Shown: positions 29,594 to 42,010 of the stretch, piece by piece
Numbering within the stretch: the stretch's first letter is position 1
Layout: the number at the start of each line of letters is the position of its first letter
Assembly (NCBI GenBank): GCA_009103225.1
Contig: RHPI01000330.1
Location: 30,719-79,418 of the forward strand
DNA from: Chlorokybus atmophyticus
Lineage: Eukaryota > Plantae > Mesostigma and Chlorokybus algae
DNA: 48,700 nucleotides
Direction: 5' to 3'
The notes under the pieces: generated by a model
What the model was told of the DNA's origin: nothing
The model's database searches: none
What the model saw: only the letters and a program-made list of their open reading frames with translations
Made by a program: the position numbers and the translations under genes

Positions 29594-30712
29594 ATGTCTG
29601 GGCTGCCCTCTGCCGGCGAGAGCGCCATCAAGGTGAGAGGGCCAGCAGGCAGGCTGGGGAGTGACATTGGCTTGTGCTCATGTGATTGCTGCATGCAAAA
29701 TTGACCTCGTCATGCATGAGCTCTCCCTCAAGCGTTTGTGGTCAACACCAACATTAGTGGTTGGAAAGGTTACTGTTCATACCTGTCGTTGCACATACAA
29801 CGGCAGGATTGTCAGTGAAGTGTGCTAAGCTAAGTGAGTTGGTGCATTAGACTTCATATATTTCCTAAAACAGACTTCACCATCTCAGCGCTGCACAGCA
29901 AACAATTATAAGTGCCATGTGTTCGTAATACAGTCTATTGTCGTTCATAGTAAACCTGTGCACTTACTGCTCACCGAGCATGTGAAAGCGACCACCTTGT
30001 GTCATCAGTTGCAAGTGTTCAATACACGTCTGCTTTGCAGCTTTTCCGCGACTGCCTTCGACTCGCTGACTACATTGGCCGCCAGGTAAGCTTGTGCCTT
30101 TGTTACATGTGTGGTTTCTTTGTATCTTAGCCCGCATGCCACCCAACAGACAGGTAATCGTGAAGCGATGCGGGAGCAAGTTGTGCAGGCGTTCAGGAAA
30201 AACATGGGCGAGACAGACCCGCTGAAGGTTATTGAGCAAAAGGAAGCGTAAGTGAAGATGCTTTGTGTTGTGTGCACACACGCGCATGCACATGCACACA
30301 TACGCGCATGCGCACGCACACGCACATGCGAGCACGCGCAGGTGCACTCACTGCACTTCCCCAACGTGCACATGCACAGACACACAGGAACACGGACACA
30401 CGCGCACGCGTCTATGTGCCGTGTATGTTTGTTTGCGCGCATGTATGCGTGCACGTTCCCGTGTGCGCGCACGCGCGCAAACAAACATACAGGTAGGCAT
30501 GGGCGCATGCATGTACTCATGTGCGTACGTTCATGTTCACTCGTGCATGCACACAAGCCTACGGTTCTTACCCTTCATGTGGGTTTCACAACCACAGCGC
30601 AGTGCGAGGTTTGAGCAACTTCATGGTTTACGAGGCGCAGAGGCTGGCGAGGGCTCATCGCGCAACGCATGGGGACAACGTACGCGGCTTCAGTGAAGAT
30701 GAGGACGATTGA
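29594..30712 (+). CDS. Small LYR-motif (Complex1_LYR-like) protein, 98 aa, probably mitochondrial
   Basis: Exons 29594-29632, 30041-30085, 30150-30247 and 30598-30712 splice in frame: MSGLPSAGESAIKLFRDCLRLADYIGRQTGNREAMREQVVQAFRKNMGETDPLKVIEQKEAAVRGLSNFMVYE..., with an L-F-R variant of LYR and the downstream F of the motif. Confidence 0.85.
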
Positions 30713-31425
30713 CTGGGTCTGTAGCTCAATGCACGTGTTCCGTGCCACTGTATGATGTTTGTGTACATATGTAGTGGACGTATGGCTAGAGAGTGTTGTG
30801 TGCGCCAAGTGCGCTTCATTGACTTTGCATACCAATGCAAGGCTTTCCACAGTCAGAAAGCAAATACAACAATCTGCACAGTTCTGTTCGCACGGACGGT
30901 TTGTTACTCTGGGTCTGCTTAAAGTTCACTGCACTGAATATACCAAGCTGAAGCGCACCAACCAGTTTTGTCATCAATCTCACACGCCAGTGACAGCGAC
31001 ATGGTGTACCCCGTGGCAATCATATTGCAGGCACTCGACTCAGTGCATTTCTTGGCAACAACACAGGCATTGAATTGGTGAGATAGCTGCGTGATTGTGC
31101 CAACGTTACACTGTGGGTTTGCAGCTGGGTTACACCGCCAGTCACTGCATGGCCAGCCTGGAAGAATATTGCACATGTCGTTTCCATGCCGCAAGTCGAG
31201 ATGAAATCAGTCAAGTGTGACGCTGTAACCATGACCCTGAAGCATCCTGTGACTGTATGCACAGTCAGCAACGACTTGTTGCAATTGACCAACATCGCTA
31301 AATTGTTCTGATAATGACCTTTGGGACAAGAACACATGCACCTTGTCAGCGCATACAAGTCATTGCTCATCGATGAATTGCCACTCGTCTACTCGCATTC
31401 TATGCACACAACCTTGATCACTCGT

Positions 31426-33845
31426 CTACTTCTTGAACCATTTGGGCTTGGAAGAGCTCACAACTGGACGCGCGCGTGGTTCAGCCTCCTGCTCAGCTGC
31501 AGCAGAGTCCACAGCTGGCGTGACAGCACTCGGGCCAGCCCCAAGCCCATTGGTTGCGAGCGGCCGAGACTCGGACTCTGCAGCTGCATTGGCTTCTGCG
31601 TGCGGTGCCTCGGGCTTCAACTTGTCCACCAAAGAAGCAATAGACTCCTTGAGGAATGGTCCCTCTTGAGCCCCCGATGTGTACGCAAAGTACACTATGG
31701 CTGCAGGCACAAGCCCGCACGCATAAAATGTCTTGTGCGTGTCCGTCAGCTTGGTCTTAGGCGGCGTGGTGTACAGGTAAAAAGGCCGCTTGGGATCCGT
31801 CAAGCATTTTGTAACCAAATCGTACAACGCCGAAAGCGGCTCTAATGGCGCAAAGTGTGCTTCCAAGTACACGTGGTCAGGGAAGTGCACACGTACGGTT
31901 GTTTCGCTGAACCGCCGAGCTCTGAGCAACTCTTCCTGTAACACACGCAAGCAAGTAACATGTGTTAGACACGTTAGACTAAACAGCAAAACTATTGCAT
32001 GGATGCTACGGAGTCTTCATCAATCAACTGTTGAACCAAGTGCACGTGCGTGTGCATCAAGGACCTGACCTGTTCACGCATCTGGCGAGTCCTTAGCCCT
32101 GACTCTTGTTTGCGCGCTAGGGCTTGCCGCGCAGCGTTCTCGCGAGCGTAGTCCGCTTGCGTGAACTCGAAAAACTCATCAGGGGGTTCTGTGCTGGAGC
32201 CGAGAGCGGCTGACTGCTGCTGAAGCGCTTGCCTGGAGTACACATGCACCGCCCTGCCGACATCAGCAACTGTGGCCAACGCTTGCGCAGCCTCCTGCAC
32301 AAAGGCAGAACCACTCAGTTTGTAGCTACAGCCAACTACCGAGCAGGTTTAACTGAGTTGCTACTTGAGGCTGATCGCTGTCAGCACGCTTTGGGAATCT
32401 GCAGGCAAATGCCACAGACTGTGCATACCTGTGCACTCTGTGCTGGTGGCTGCTGCTGTACTGCTGCAGTACTGCCAGCTGTTGGATTGGAAGGTGCGGA
32501 AGGTGTTGAGGTTGAGGGCAGCGAATCTTCAATGGAACGCGCATTACTTTCAGCCACGCCAACCTTGGCCTCTTTGACAGCGTTTTTGGCATCCGCCTTG
32601 TTGGAATCCGTTGGCACACTTGAGGCTGTTGCTGTGCTCGCCAGACTTGTGCCGTTCACTGCCTCCAACACCCAATCTGGTACACTGTCAACTGGATTGA
32701 AGGCCACATGCATGCGAATTGCTGAGTTGGCGGACACTCCTAACTGTGCAAGCGTTGTTGATCGCAGAGCGTCGAATGTTGCAACCTGAGAAAGGGGACA
32801 CCATGGATTCCAAGCAACGGAAGCATGTCAGGAACAAACAAACAGCCTCATGCTACTAAAGCCTATCCTGATATGACAAAAGGTTATGCGTGTGGCAGCT
32901 TATTGGCAAAGCTGTAAGTACTCTACTTACCGCCTTGGAAGGTGTACAGCACCAATGCTCTGCGCAAGTGCTGCGTGCAGTTATAGCATGCCAGGATGGA
33001 AACTCACCTCGTGGTTCATGTAGCGCACAGTAGGCTGCAGCCATTGTCCTGGCGATCCACGGACAAGGAATGGCGTGTCGGCTGTTTGGCAGCTCCTAAG
33101 CAGCTCAAACACTGAGGCCGCGCACGGTGACTGGCAGCTCAACTGCTCTCCCGTACTCAACTGCAACCCCACACGCACGATGCCCGCATCCGCTGCCACT
33201 CACAATGTTCAGTACAACCGGCAACCATTATGTGCAGTGCCTTGTGTCCTTCAGTATAAAAAGCAGCAACAGCATGTATGGCAGCTAGTCAAGCAAATGC
33301 ATATCAGACATACTACAACAGTGTCACGCACAGCCTAACTCTAAGATGGGTGGTGTCAACAGTGGTAACTTGCACTAGTCGACAGGATGTGACAGCACAA
33401 ACATTGTGCATGCATGAGACAGAGCTCACCGCTGCACGTGCGGGGCACAAGCTCAAGTTTCGCGCCAGCTGGTAGATTAGCATAGCGCAACGGGATTGAC
33501 AAGTCAAGCTCCTTTCTGCCAAATCTGTGACAACAAGACATCATGATGAGTGCGCTGAAGCATGTCCGAGCCTGAAAGGTAAGTCTTGCAGACATCACTG
33601 AGACAAGACACAGCAAGCCTAAGCTACGACAGCTATACCGCATGCTCAAAACTACAATAAAGAAGCAATCAAGCAGCTTGCTGGAACGAATCAAAGGCAA
33701 CGCGAGGCACTTACTGTAGTCCATGATGGTTGGGGTCAAACTTGAGCTTTCGGCAAGCCTCTTCAACAACAGCCATGAGCTGCGTGTTGGGCGTGGCCTT
33801 CACGACAACGGACTTGCTCCCGTTTACAACCGTCAACGACGACAT
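31426..33845 (-). CDS. ASPSCR1: TUG/ASPSCR1 (UBXD9; PUX1-related) CDC48/p97 cofactor with UBL1-UBL2-UBX architecture
   Basis: MSSLTVVNGSKSVVVKATPNTQLMAVVEEAC..LDLSIPLRYANLPAGAKLEL (TUG-UBL1); VRVGLQLSTGEQL..TTLAQLGVSANSAIR (UBL2); PPDEFFEFTQADY..LRTRQMRE..VRVHFPDHVYLEAHFAPLEPLSALYDLV..FYLYTTPPK..GLVPAAIVYF (extended UBX); C-terminal KPKWFKK. Confidence 0.85.
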
Positions 33846-34240
33846 AGCTGACCGACAAGCAAGCAAGAAAAGCAAGCAAGCTGCTGCTACTTGCCACTGA
33901 AAGAACCGCCGTCTGCTTGTCAACTCTCAGTAACGAGCCAACCTGCATGACTACGGGCCAATCCCAGTCTTATAACCCTGCTCCTACGCTGTGTCCTGCT
34001 TCTCCTTTCTTAGCCGCCGCCACGTTGCGCCCACCGCCGCCTGGCGCCAACCACCACCTCAAGACGGTGCTTGCAAGCTTTCAGCACGACACTTGATGTT
34101 GACGCTTCAGCAGTTTCAGCACTGAGGCGAAAATTTTAGGGTCGGAGTGGGAGCTTTGCTCGGCGGAGGTGGCGGCGGCGGTGGAGGAGGTGTACGAGGT
34201 GTTGGGAGGGGTGCGGTTACTTGTGGGTGAGGCGCAAAGG

Positions 34241-37200
34241 ATGGGGACCGCCGCCGCCGCCGCGGTTGCTAATGCGCGATCTTTGCTGCTGGTGGCACCC
34301 GGGAGGAGAGCTCCGCCGCTGCTGGTGGAGCACAGCACCAGCTGGCAGGCGGCGCACGTCAATGCGGGGGTGCGGCTTGGGGTTTGGGATGGGGCGTTAC
34401 ATGTGAGGGGGTCGTTTGCTACTGCTTCAGATGCTGGCCTTCATCAACATCAACATCATCATCAACGACAGCACTGCCGGGGACACACTGCATTGCAAGC
34501 ATTCTTGCTGGCGTCGTCATCAGCTTGCTATCCCCATCAGCAGAAGCTGCCCCATCGACTGCGGCTGCCTGCTCTACGACCAGTCGCAGCCGTGTCAGCG
34601 CCATGGCCTGCTGCTATGGACATGGAGATTGTGGTGGACGTGCTGCCAGTGGATTTCCCAGAAGAGCAAGCGCAAGTTTGGGAAGTAAGAACGTGGTGTT
34701 GTTTACATCATTTTACAAGAAGACTTGCGTGCTTCTATAATTGATTGTCACGTGTTAACAGTGGACACATGTGCATGTGTGCATGCTACAGACCAAGTCC
34801 GTTGCATGCAAAAGCCGAATGCATCGCCGCGCAAGCATGCCATACAGGACTTGTTATTTGGATACCTCTTGCAACCCTTCAAGGCAGTCTATACACAAAG
34901 GCAACCTTGCAAGTTTGTAGTGCACCAGCAGCATCACCATACATGCGCTGTCACATGTTGCACAAGTAAGGTTGTCTCGTCACCAATGTAGACATTATGT
35001 TAGTCTGTAGACCAGTGCACAGCGGGCAAGGTCATGCGTATAGCCCAAAGTGTTGCTGCACTTGTTGTATCTCTTGCGTAACGCTTCTTGCTTGCTGCTG
35101 GTGTGCTAACGTGTAACACAACCCGGACAGGAGATTGCAGAAAAGTTGAAGAAAGATGCCATGGCACTGCTCCAGCATGCCATTTTCCCTCCCCCGTCAC
35201 CGACACTGTTTGCTGAGGGCGCCGAGGTAACAAGCAGCAGTAGCTGCAATGGGTACTTGGATTGGATAGCTTCTACTTTCTCGTGTCAATGTGTGATGAT
35301 CGTGGCTTGCGTATTCAGGAAGGGGAGGATGAGGAGGAAGAGTTCACCAGTGCAGCCGAGCTCAGTATCGTACTTTGCAGTGATGCGTACATTCAGGGCC
35401 TGAATAGTCAATGGTGCGCCATATCTTCACCTACCGATGTGCTATCCTTCCCACAAGAATCACTGTTTTCAGACGGTGAAGAAGAGGCGAGTTTAGACTT
35501 AGTAGTAGCAGTTTCTCAGCAGTTGTTGTGTGTCTGTGGCGCGCGATGAAAGCATTATCGACTGCACAGCTATATATGTAACACCACCCAAGCATGTCTG
35601 GTATTGTAGTTGTGCAGTAAGTTGTTGTTGAGCGTGCATGTTGTCCAATAGGGCTTGCTTCTCGGGGATGTTGTCATCAGCATGGAAACAGCTCAGCGAC
35701 AAGCTGATGAACGAGGATATGGGCTCTTGGACGAACTGCGCGTGCTGCTGGTGCACGGTGTTCTTCACCTGCTTGGACACGATCATGAGGCTGGGGCGGA
35801 GGAGGGAATGGCCGAGGCGATGGCTGCAGAAGAACAGCGCCTGATGCGTGTGTTGCGTTGGGTCGGACAGGGTTTGGTGTTGGCGTCACAAGCACCTGAA
35901 GCTGGCCAACCAGGTGCTGAAAGATAGCAATCGTTGCATCGTTGCACGAGTCTTGTAGGCTTTGGCATCCAGCTTTGCTGCTCTGTTGGCTGGATGCAAG
36001 TTGTGTGTGCTTGTCAGTTCGCTGTACATACTGCGTAGCTCTGGGTCATGACCTTAGACACCACTGTATATTACTGGTTTTGGTGCACCGCTGTTGCAAA
36101 GAAGAGAGATGTTACCTTGATATGCATCAAACAATGCCACCTTGCCGTATGGCTGCTCTGTTGTTGTGTCCACAGTTAGCAGTTGTGTATGTGCGCAGTT
36201 GGAATTTGAAATGTATGTGCAAATGAGTTAACCAGTCTGCTAAAGCATGTGATAAGTTTGGCAGGACTGCCTGATATTCCGTCCACGCTGCGCATTTAGA
36301 TTAACTTGATCCCATTCAGCAGCGGGTGCCGCAACCATGACAGACTCCACACAGGAGGAAGACGCTAATGCGCGAAGCAAGAGCTGGTCGGGTAGCAGCA
36401 GCAGTGGACGGGGGTTGGGCAGCCGTCCCCGTGTGCTCTTTCTGGACATGGACGGTAAAATATTGCTCACTTCGAGTTCCTGTTGATGCATACGCGCTAA
36501 CAGTTACAAAGTCACAGTTGATGCACATCCTGCTTAACATGCTGCATTCGTATCCAAGCACTACACTGTTGTGTAGAGCCACTGTCGAAGCATTGTTGTG
36601 TGAATGCACATGGAAGGTATTTGATGTTGATAGCACTGGGCACGTGTTAGGTACGCTGCTGAATAGTCAGAGCAGAATAACACCCAACACCGCTGATGCA
36701 TTGCGGGCGGCACACGCACAAGGTGTTGAGATCATCATTGCAACAGGCAAGGTATGCTTGGATCGTGTGCAATGTCTTTGCTGGTTAGCTATCTACAATA
36801 ATGCTGTGGTCCCCCTCATTGCCACGCGTTGTATTTCATTACTGGCACAATTATGTTAACACCTCATAGGCAAGACCAGCTGCAATGGCAGCGCTGCAGA
36901 CAGTGGACCTGACAGGTCCCAACAACATCCTCTCAACAACATCTCCAGGAGTATTCTTGCAGGTGTTTGTCTCAATGTTACTGTTGTACTAACATGCAGC
37001 ACATGCGTGTCCGGCAACATTTGGAGTTACAGCTTTGTTTCTGATGGTAAGCTTACAACAGGGCTTGCGTGTTTATGGCCGCGGTGGCAAGCCTGTCCTC
37101 ACGCTAGAACTGCATGAGGATGTCTGCCGCGAGGTGAGTCAGCTGTTGGTATGCATGCTCTGTCTGTTCTGCAACTCTGACTGTGACGTGTCCCGCCACA

Positions 37201-38099
37201 GGCGTTTCTGTTCAGCTTAGAGCACAAGCTAGCTCTCATAGGGTTTGACGGTGATCGCTGCGTCACACTATTACCACACCCCCTCGTGGATGAACTACAT
37301 GATCGTTACTATGAGCCAAAGGTAGGTTGGGTCTGTTTGTACTGGAAGCCCATGCTAATGCGCATTGTGCTCTTAATCTACATATCAAGGGCAGCATGTC
37401 TGGTGCTGTTTCCCAGTTGATGGGAGCGTGTTGTGTCTCTATCAGTAACATATGTTGCTGTGCAGGCGGAGTTACTACCATCAGTAGATGCTTTGTTACA
37501 GGCTCATCGCGTGCAGAAGCTGCTGTTCTTCGACACGGCTGAGGGCGTCAGCAAGTTCTTGCGGCCGTATTGGTCGCTTGCTGTGGCTGGTCGCGCTACA
37601 GTAACACAGGTAAGCACAACTCAAACGAGCAGGACACCATATGTTCCTGTATGCATCAGTGTGTATGTGTACACAGACATGATATACGTGGTTACCAGGC
37701 TGTTGCGGAGATGCTGGAGATACTTCCGCATGGAGCAAGCAAAGGCCGCGGTGTTAAGGCAATGCTGGACCATTTGCAAGTCTCACCTCAAGAGGTACGC
37801 CCTGCAGGCGTTCTGCGTTGGATGTTATGCAGGCATGACGTTATGGGTGACGGTTACATCATGCAGTACAAGGAGCATAGTGGTCATTGCTAGTGTTGCT
37901 GTATTTGGCTGACTGATTGCATGCGCAGTGCATGGCTGTTGGCGATGGCGAGAATGATCTGGAGATGCTGCAGCTTGTTGGTTTAGGAGTAGCTATGGCC
38001 AATGCCGCTGCTAAGACAAAGGCGGTTGCCAATGCACATGTCGCCAGCAATGACGAGGATGGTGTGGCTGAAGCCATTGAGAAGTACATACTATCGTAG
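34241..38099 (+). CDS. YBEY: YbeY endoribonuclease fused to a Cof-type HAD hydrolase, with putative organellar transit peptide; multi-exon
   Basis: ELSIVLCSDAYIQGLN..TDVLSFP, LGDVVISMETAQRQA..LLVHGVLHLLGHDH (YbeY metal site), then LFLDMD|GTLLNS, IIIATGK|AR, LEILPHGASKG and AVGDGENDLEML..GVAMANA (HAD motifs I-IV). The same fusion is known from plant chloroplast YbeY. The start ATG is tentative. Confidence 0.92.
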
Positions 38100-38708
38100 C
38101 GCAAAGTTGTTGATAGACCCATTCCGCTTAACAAAATTCACAGCAGCCAGGTTGCATATTGTAGGGCAAGTACAGTTGAACCATTTGCTGGTGAACTTCA
38201 ACTGTCGGTCTGGTGAACTCAACTGTCGGGCTGGGGCTTGAAGCTGCTGGTCATGCTTAAGCACACAACAGCTGTAACTCAATGGTTGTGTGGTGTCCAG
38301 GCACGACCTTGGCCATCTTGCCCCTGATAGCAGCTGGGTGTCTGTGGCATGGGGCGACGATTACTGCGTGTGGAAGAAGAAGTGAGGCACCTTTGTGTGT
38401 GCACGTGTACATGCAACCCGACTGGCAAGCACGCTCGGTGCTTGCGTAAGGGGGCAAGTATGTGGTAAACAGACAGTTCAATACGCAATCTTGACATAGC
38501 ACAAGATTTGTATAGTGCAGGCAAACACGGGCTGACATTGTTGCCCAAGCAACCATATTCCTCGCTGTATGTCAGTATGCAACTTGCTTATGTCGCTTGC
38601 CATACTCATTATTAACCGGCTGTTGTGTAGTAAAACGAGGCCTAGTGTGACAGCAGTTGCATCACAAAGCATTATATTGTAGAGCAGCAACACGCTTTAA
38701 GGCATGTA

Positions 38709-38776
38709 CCTACTCCTGCAGCTACGCCCCCCTGTGTGTTGTTCAACACACAGGGGGGCGTAGCTGCAGGAGTAGG
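38709..38776. repeat. Perfect inverted repeat with 33-bp arms and a 2-nt loop
   Basis: CCTACTCCTGCAGCTACGCCCCCCTGTGTGTTG-TT-CAACACACAGGGGGGCGTAGCTGCAGGAGTAGG; checked base by base. Confidence 0.95.
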
Positions 38777-39965
38777 AGTAGAGTAGGTAGCCCGGTGGTC
38801 GTGTATGTCATAACGAGGTGAGTGTGTTCTGCAGAGTGTTGCATGTGTGGTGTGGTCTGAATGGGCATACCCCTCTCGCATTTTCTGTACACTCATGTCA
38901 ATGGCAAACACTGCAAGTTGAAGTGGCTGATAAACTGCGCATGACAGGCAACGGGCCAGAGCCACGCACTGATCAACACCACAACAAGCATGTCGGGCGA
39001 GTTCAAGCACTTATTACAGTGTTACACCTGAACAGTTTAAGCATTCACAGTCATTACAAGTAATGACACACTAACAATTCACGCCAACATTCAATAGGTA
39101 ACAAACAAGTGATTTAACTACAGTCAATTTTACCATTGCTCGGGGCAGTTCACAAACATGCGCCCAGCCTCCTCATGGTCGGGGCAAGGCGCTGGGCTCG
39201 CGGGTGGTGGGAGAAGTAGCTCGGCTTGTCTCCCCACACGTTCACCAGCTGGAAACTCCACCCGGCGTCCGTCAGTTGCCCTCACCTCCACCCACCACTT
39301 GCATCGGGTCGCACCGCTCTGTAGGCTGGTGCACGTGTAGAACCTCACAGCAATGTCCGTCAACCCACTGCTCCCAGCAGATGACATTAGCACCCCACAT
39401 GCGTGTCGTTGGGTACTGGTGTGCTCGTCGAGTCAGACGAAACTCGGCGCCTTCGTAGAAGGTGAAGGCCATCGCACTAGACACATTGTCCGCATCAGAG
39501 TAAAAGGGGTGCCACTCCAACCCGAAGGTCAAGCTGCAGTAGGCACGGTGATTGAGTTCACAGCATTGAGTCATTAATGAGTATTGCGCAGTGAATCAGC
39601 AGTAGGCACAATGATTGAGTAATCTACACGTTTATGCTTGAACATGAGCGACATGCACATGCATGTGACTGACGGGGTTGATAGGTAGTCTATGATCGAG
39701 ATAACTGACTTAAACACGACAGTTGTAACACCTTTGCTAAACATGCATGGCTTGCAGTGCATATGACTGACGGGTTTGATACGAGATGGATACCCGTCGG
39801 TAGGCGATGGCGAGGGCATCGGCGAGGTTATTGTGGGTGTCGTGGGTGTCGTGTCGGGCTAGCAAAACCCCAGAAGGCGTGACATGACGCGCGGCGTGAA
39901 AGGCACAAAGGTATGTGTTTTCATTATAACTTTCATTTACACTATCTATGCGTTCGTGCGTCTCC

Positions 39966-40212
39966 CACTCATGCACAACAATGCACTAGCACTTATGCAC
40001 ACCCTTGCACTGGCACTCGTGCAAAACCTTACACTCACACTTATGCACAGCCTTGCACTAGCACTTATGCACACCCTTGAACTGACACTCATAAAAAACC
40101 TTGCACTCGCACTCATGCACAGTCTGCGCACTCGTGCACAACCTTGCACTAGCACTCATGCAAAACCTTGCACTCGCACTCATGCACAGCCTACCAGGCA
40201 GCACACTCATGC
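39966..40212. repeat. 24-bp minisatellite, about 9-10 degenerate units
   Basis: Consensus approximately GCACTCATGCACAACCTTGCACTA; reads as (ALMHTLAL)n in one frame. Confidence 0.85.
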
Positions 40213-42010
40213 GCACTCCTGTAAAACCTGGCTGACATGCTATATCGTTCTACTGGCATTGCTTTGCTTCCATACTCTGCTGGCACGCATGCATTTTGCT
40301 AGCACGCATTGCTTGCATCCGCTGCGTGTGGAACTAGTCTCAATGAGGCCCTCACACTTGCCACCACTGTGTTGCCAACTTTGTTTGCACTCACGCACCC
40401 CCTTTTAATTGCCAACTCTGGCTGCACGCATATTGCTCACCTCCATGCTTAAAACTCTATTTGCAATTATGCATATTCTTGACACCATTTTGTTGCCAAC
40501 TTTGTTTGCGCTCATTGCACACTCCTTGCATAAGCCTAATATCAAGCTTACCGTATCACCACGCATGAAAATATCATATGTCAATGTACTCGCCACTTCT
40601 TCACCATACGTTGTGCCAGGCACATACTTGCAGGGAGTGCTTTTAAAGTCTTTTAAAACAATCATGGTGACATGGCGATCATAGCTGTAGAAGACTTGAC
40701 CACATTATTGGCCAACAAGCGTAACGTAGGGGAATGGAGTATCCAGTATGCGAGCCAAAACTTGTTTAAAGTCATCCTTTACAATAACAAAAAAACAACC
40801 TACCACCTGGTCGCCTTGTGGCACACACCCAGCATCATAATGTTACTTATTGTTCCCAGTCCACAATGCAGGAGAGCTGCTTGACACGTCACTGCATATG
40901 TTGCTTATGTCGTCGTACACTAAGGAAGATACCACACAAAATCCAGCAACATGACGAGGGTGCTTTTTATATACTTCCCTTCACTCACCGACTTCATTTC
41001 TCCTATTAAGAACAAGATGTACGCTGCTATCTAACCAGACGACCTCGTTGCTTTGTTCTGACGCTTGCAAGGTACAAAAGTGCTTGTATTAGCCTTGCTG
41101 CTTGAAAGTTAACTTGAAACTTTTGTACAGCCCCTTCGCCGGTCACAACAAGAAAATAAAACTCTTCAGTGCACTAACCTCACCATCCGCAAAGCGTACG
41201 AGTGCCACTTTGTCAGCAGCATTATTGCCAGCCGCTGCGCCACAAGAACCTGATGCAGAGAAAGTGTTATGTAGGTCTGCATTTGAGCGCATACATAAAA
41301 ACGTGTCGAAGTTTGTTTGATACAAATGATTGCTTGCAATTTTAGCTTTTGAGTATAGAGCATAGAGCTGACAAGGTTTGTTGCCCCTAATCGCGTTGAC
41401 ACATACAAGCTTGCAGGCATCAGAATGGTGCTGGCATTTCTCAAGCCTAATATGTCGAGACAACCGCACAAACCATGGATTGTACCGCCAAGCCCCAAAT
41501 GGGGAAGTAAACAAGGTGAAAAATGAAGAATCGCACAAAAACGTCCTCACCGATAAAACTATTATCTTTAAAGTCTTAGGCGGCAACTATTTGTGTGAAG
41601 CCAAACAAAGACTTGCTCTAGCAACGATCACTTCACGTCGGAGGCTGTGCACGCAAGCAAAGTAGTATTGTAAAACCGGTACTGCTGGTACCATTTCGTA
41701 TACAGGTTACATAATACAAGTTACGAATACTGAGACCTTGCTAATAAGTTATTTACAACCATTTTCGACTATAAGTGCTTGAGGCTGGCTGGGGTGCACA
41801 ACGTGAATGAAAAGTCGATGATAGCATCCACCCCGTTGACCAATCTTGCCACATGCATAACCAGTGGGTCAGCAGAGGCAAACCCACTTGAGAGGGCAGA
41901 GGACATTCGATCGACCCGAGAGACAAAGAGCAACTATGGATACAATTTGTTCAAGGTTGGATGTTAGTGCTTGGCGAAGCCATGTAACGCGGGGCTTAGC
42001 CACTTTAGCC

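Noticed and set aside
30005-30696. His/Thr/Cys/Ala-rich ORFs on both strands (similar ones at 48324-48698)
   Set aside because: Translations of CA/TG simple repeats in introns or intergenic DNA.
29594-30712. Initial impression of complex I subunit B8/NDUFA2
   Set aside because: The spliced product has an LYR-type motif and no B8 features.
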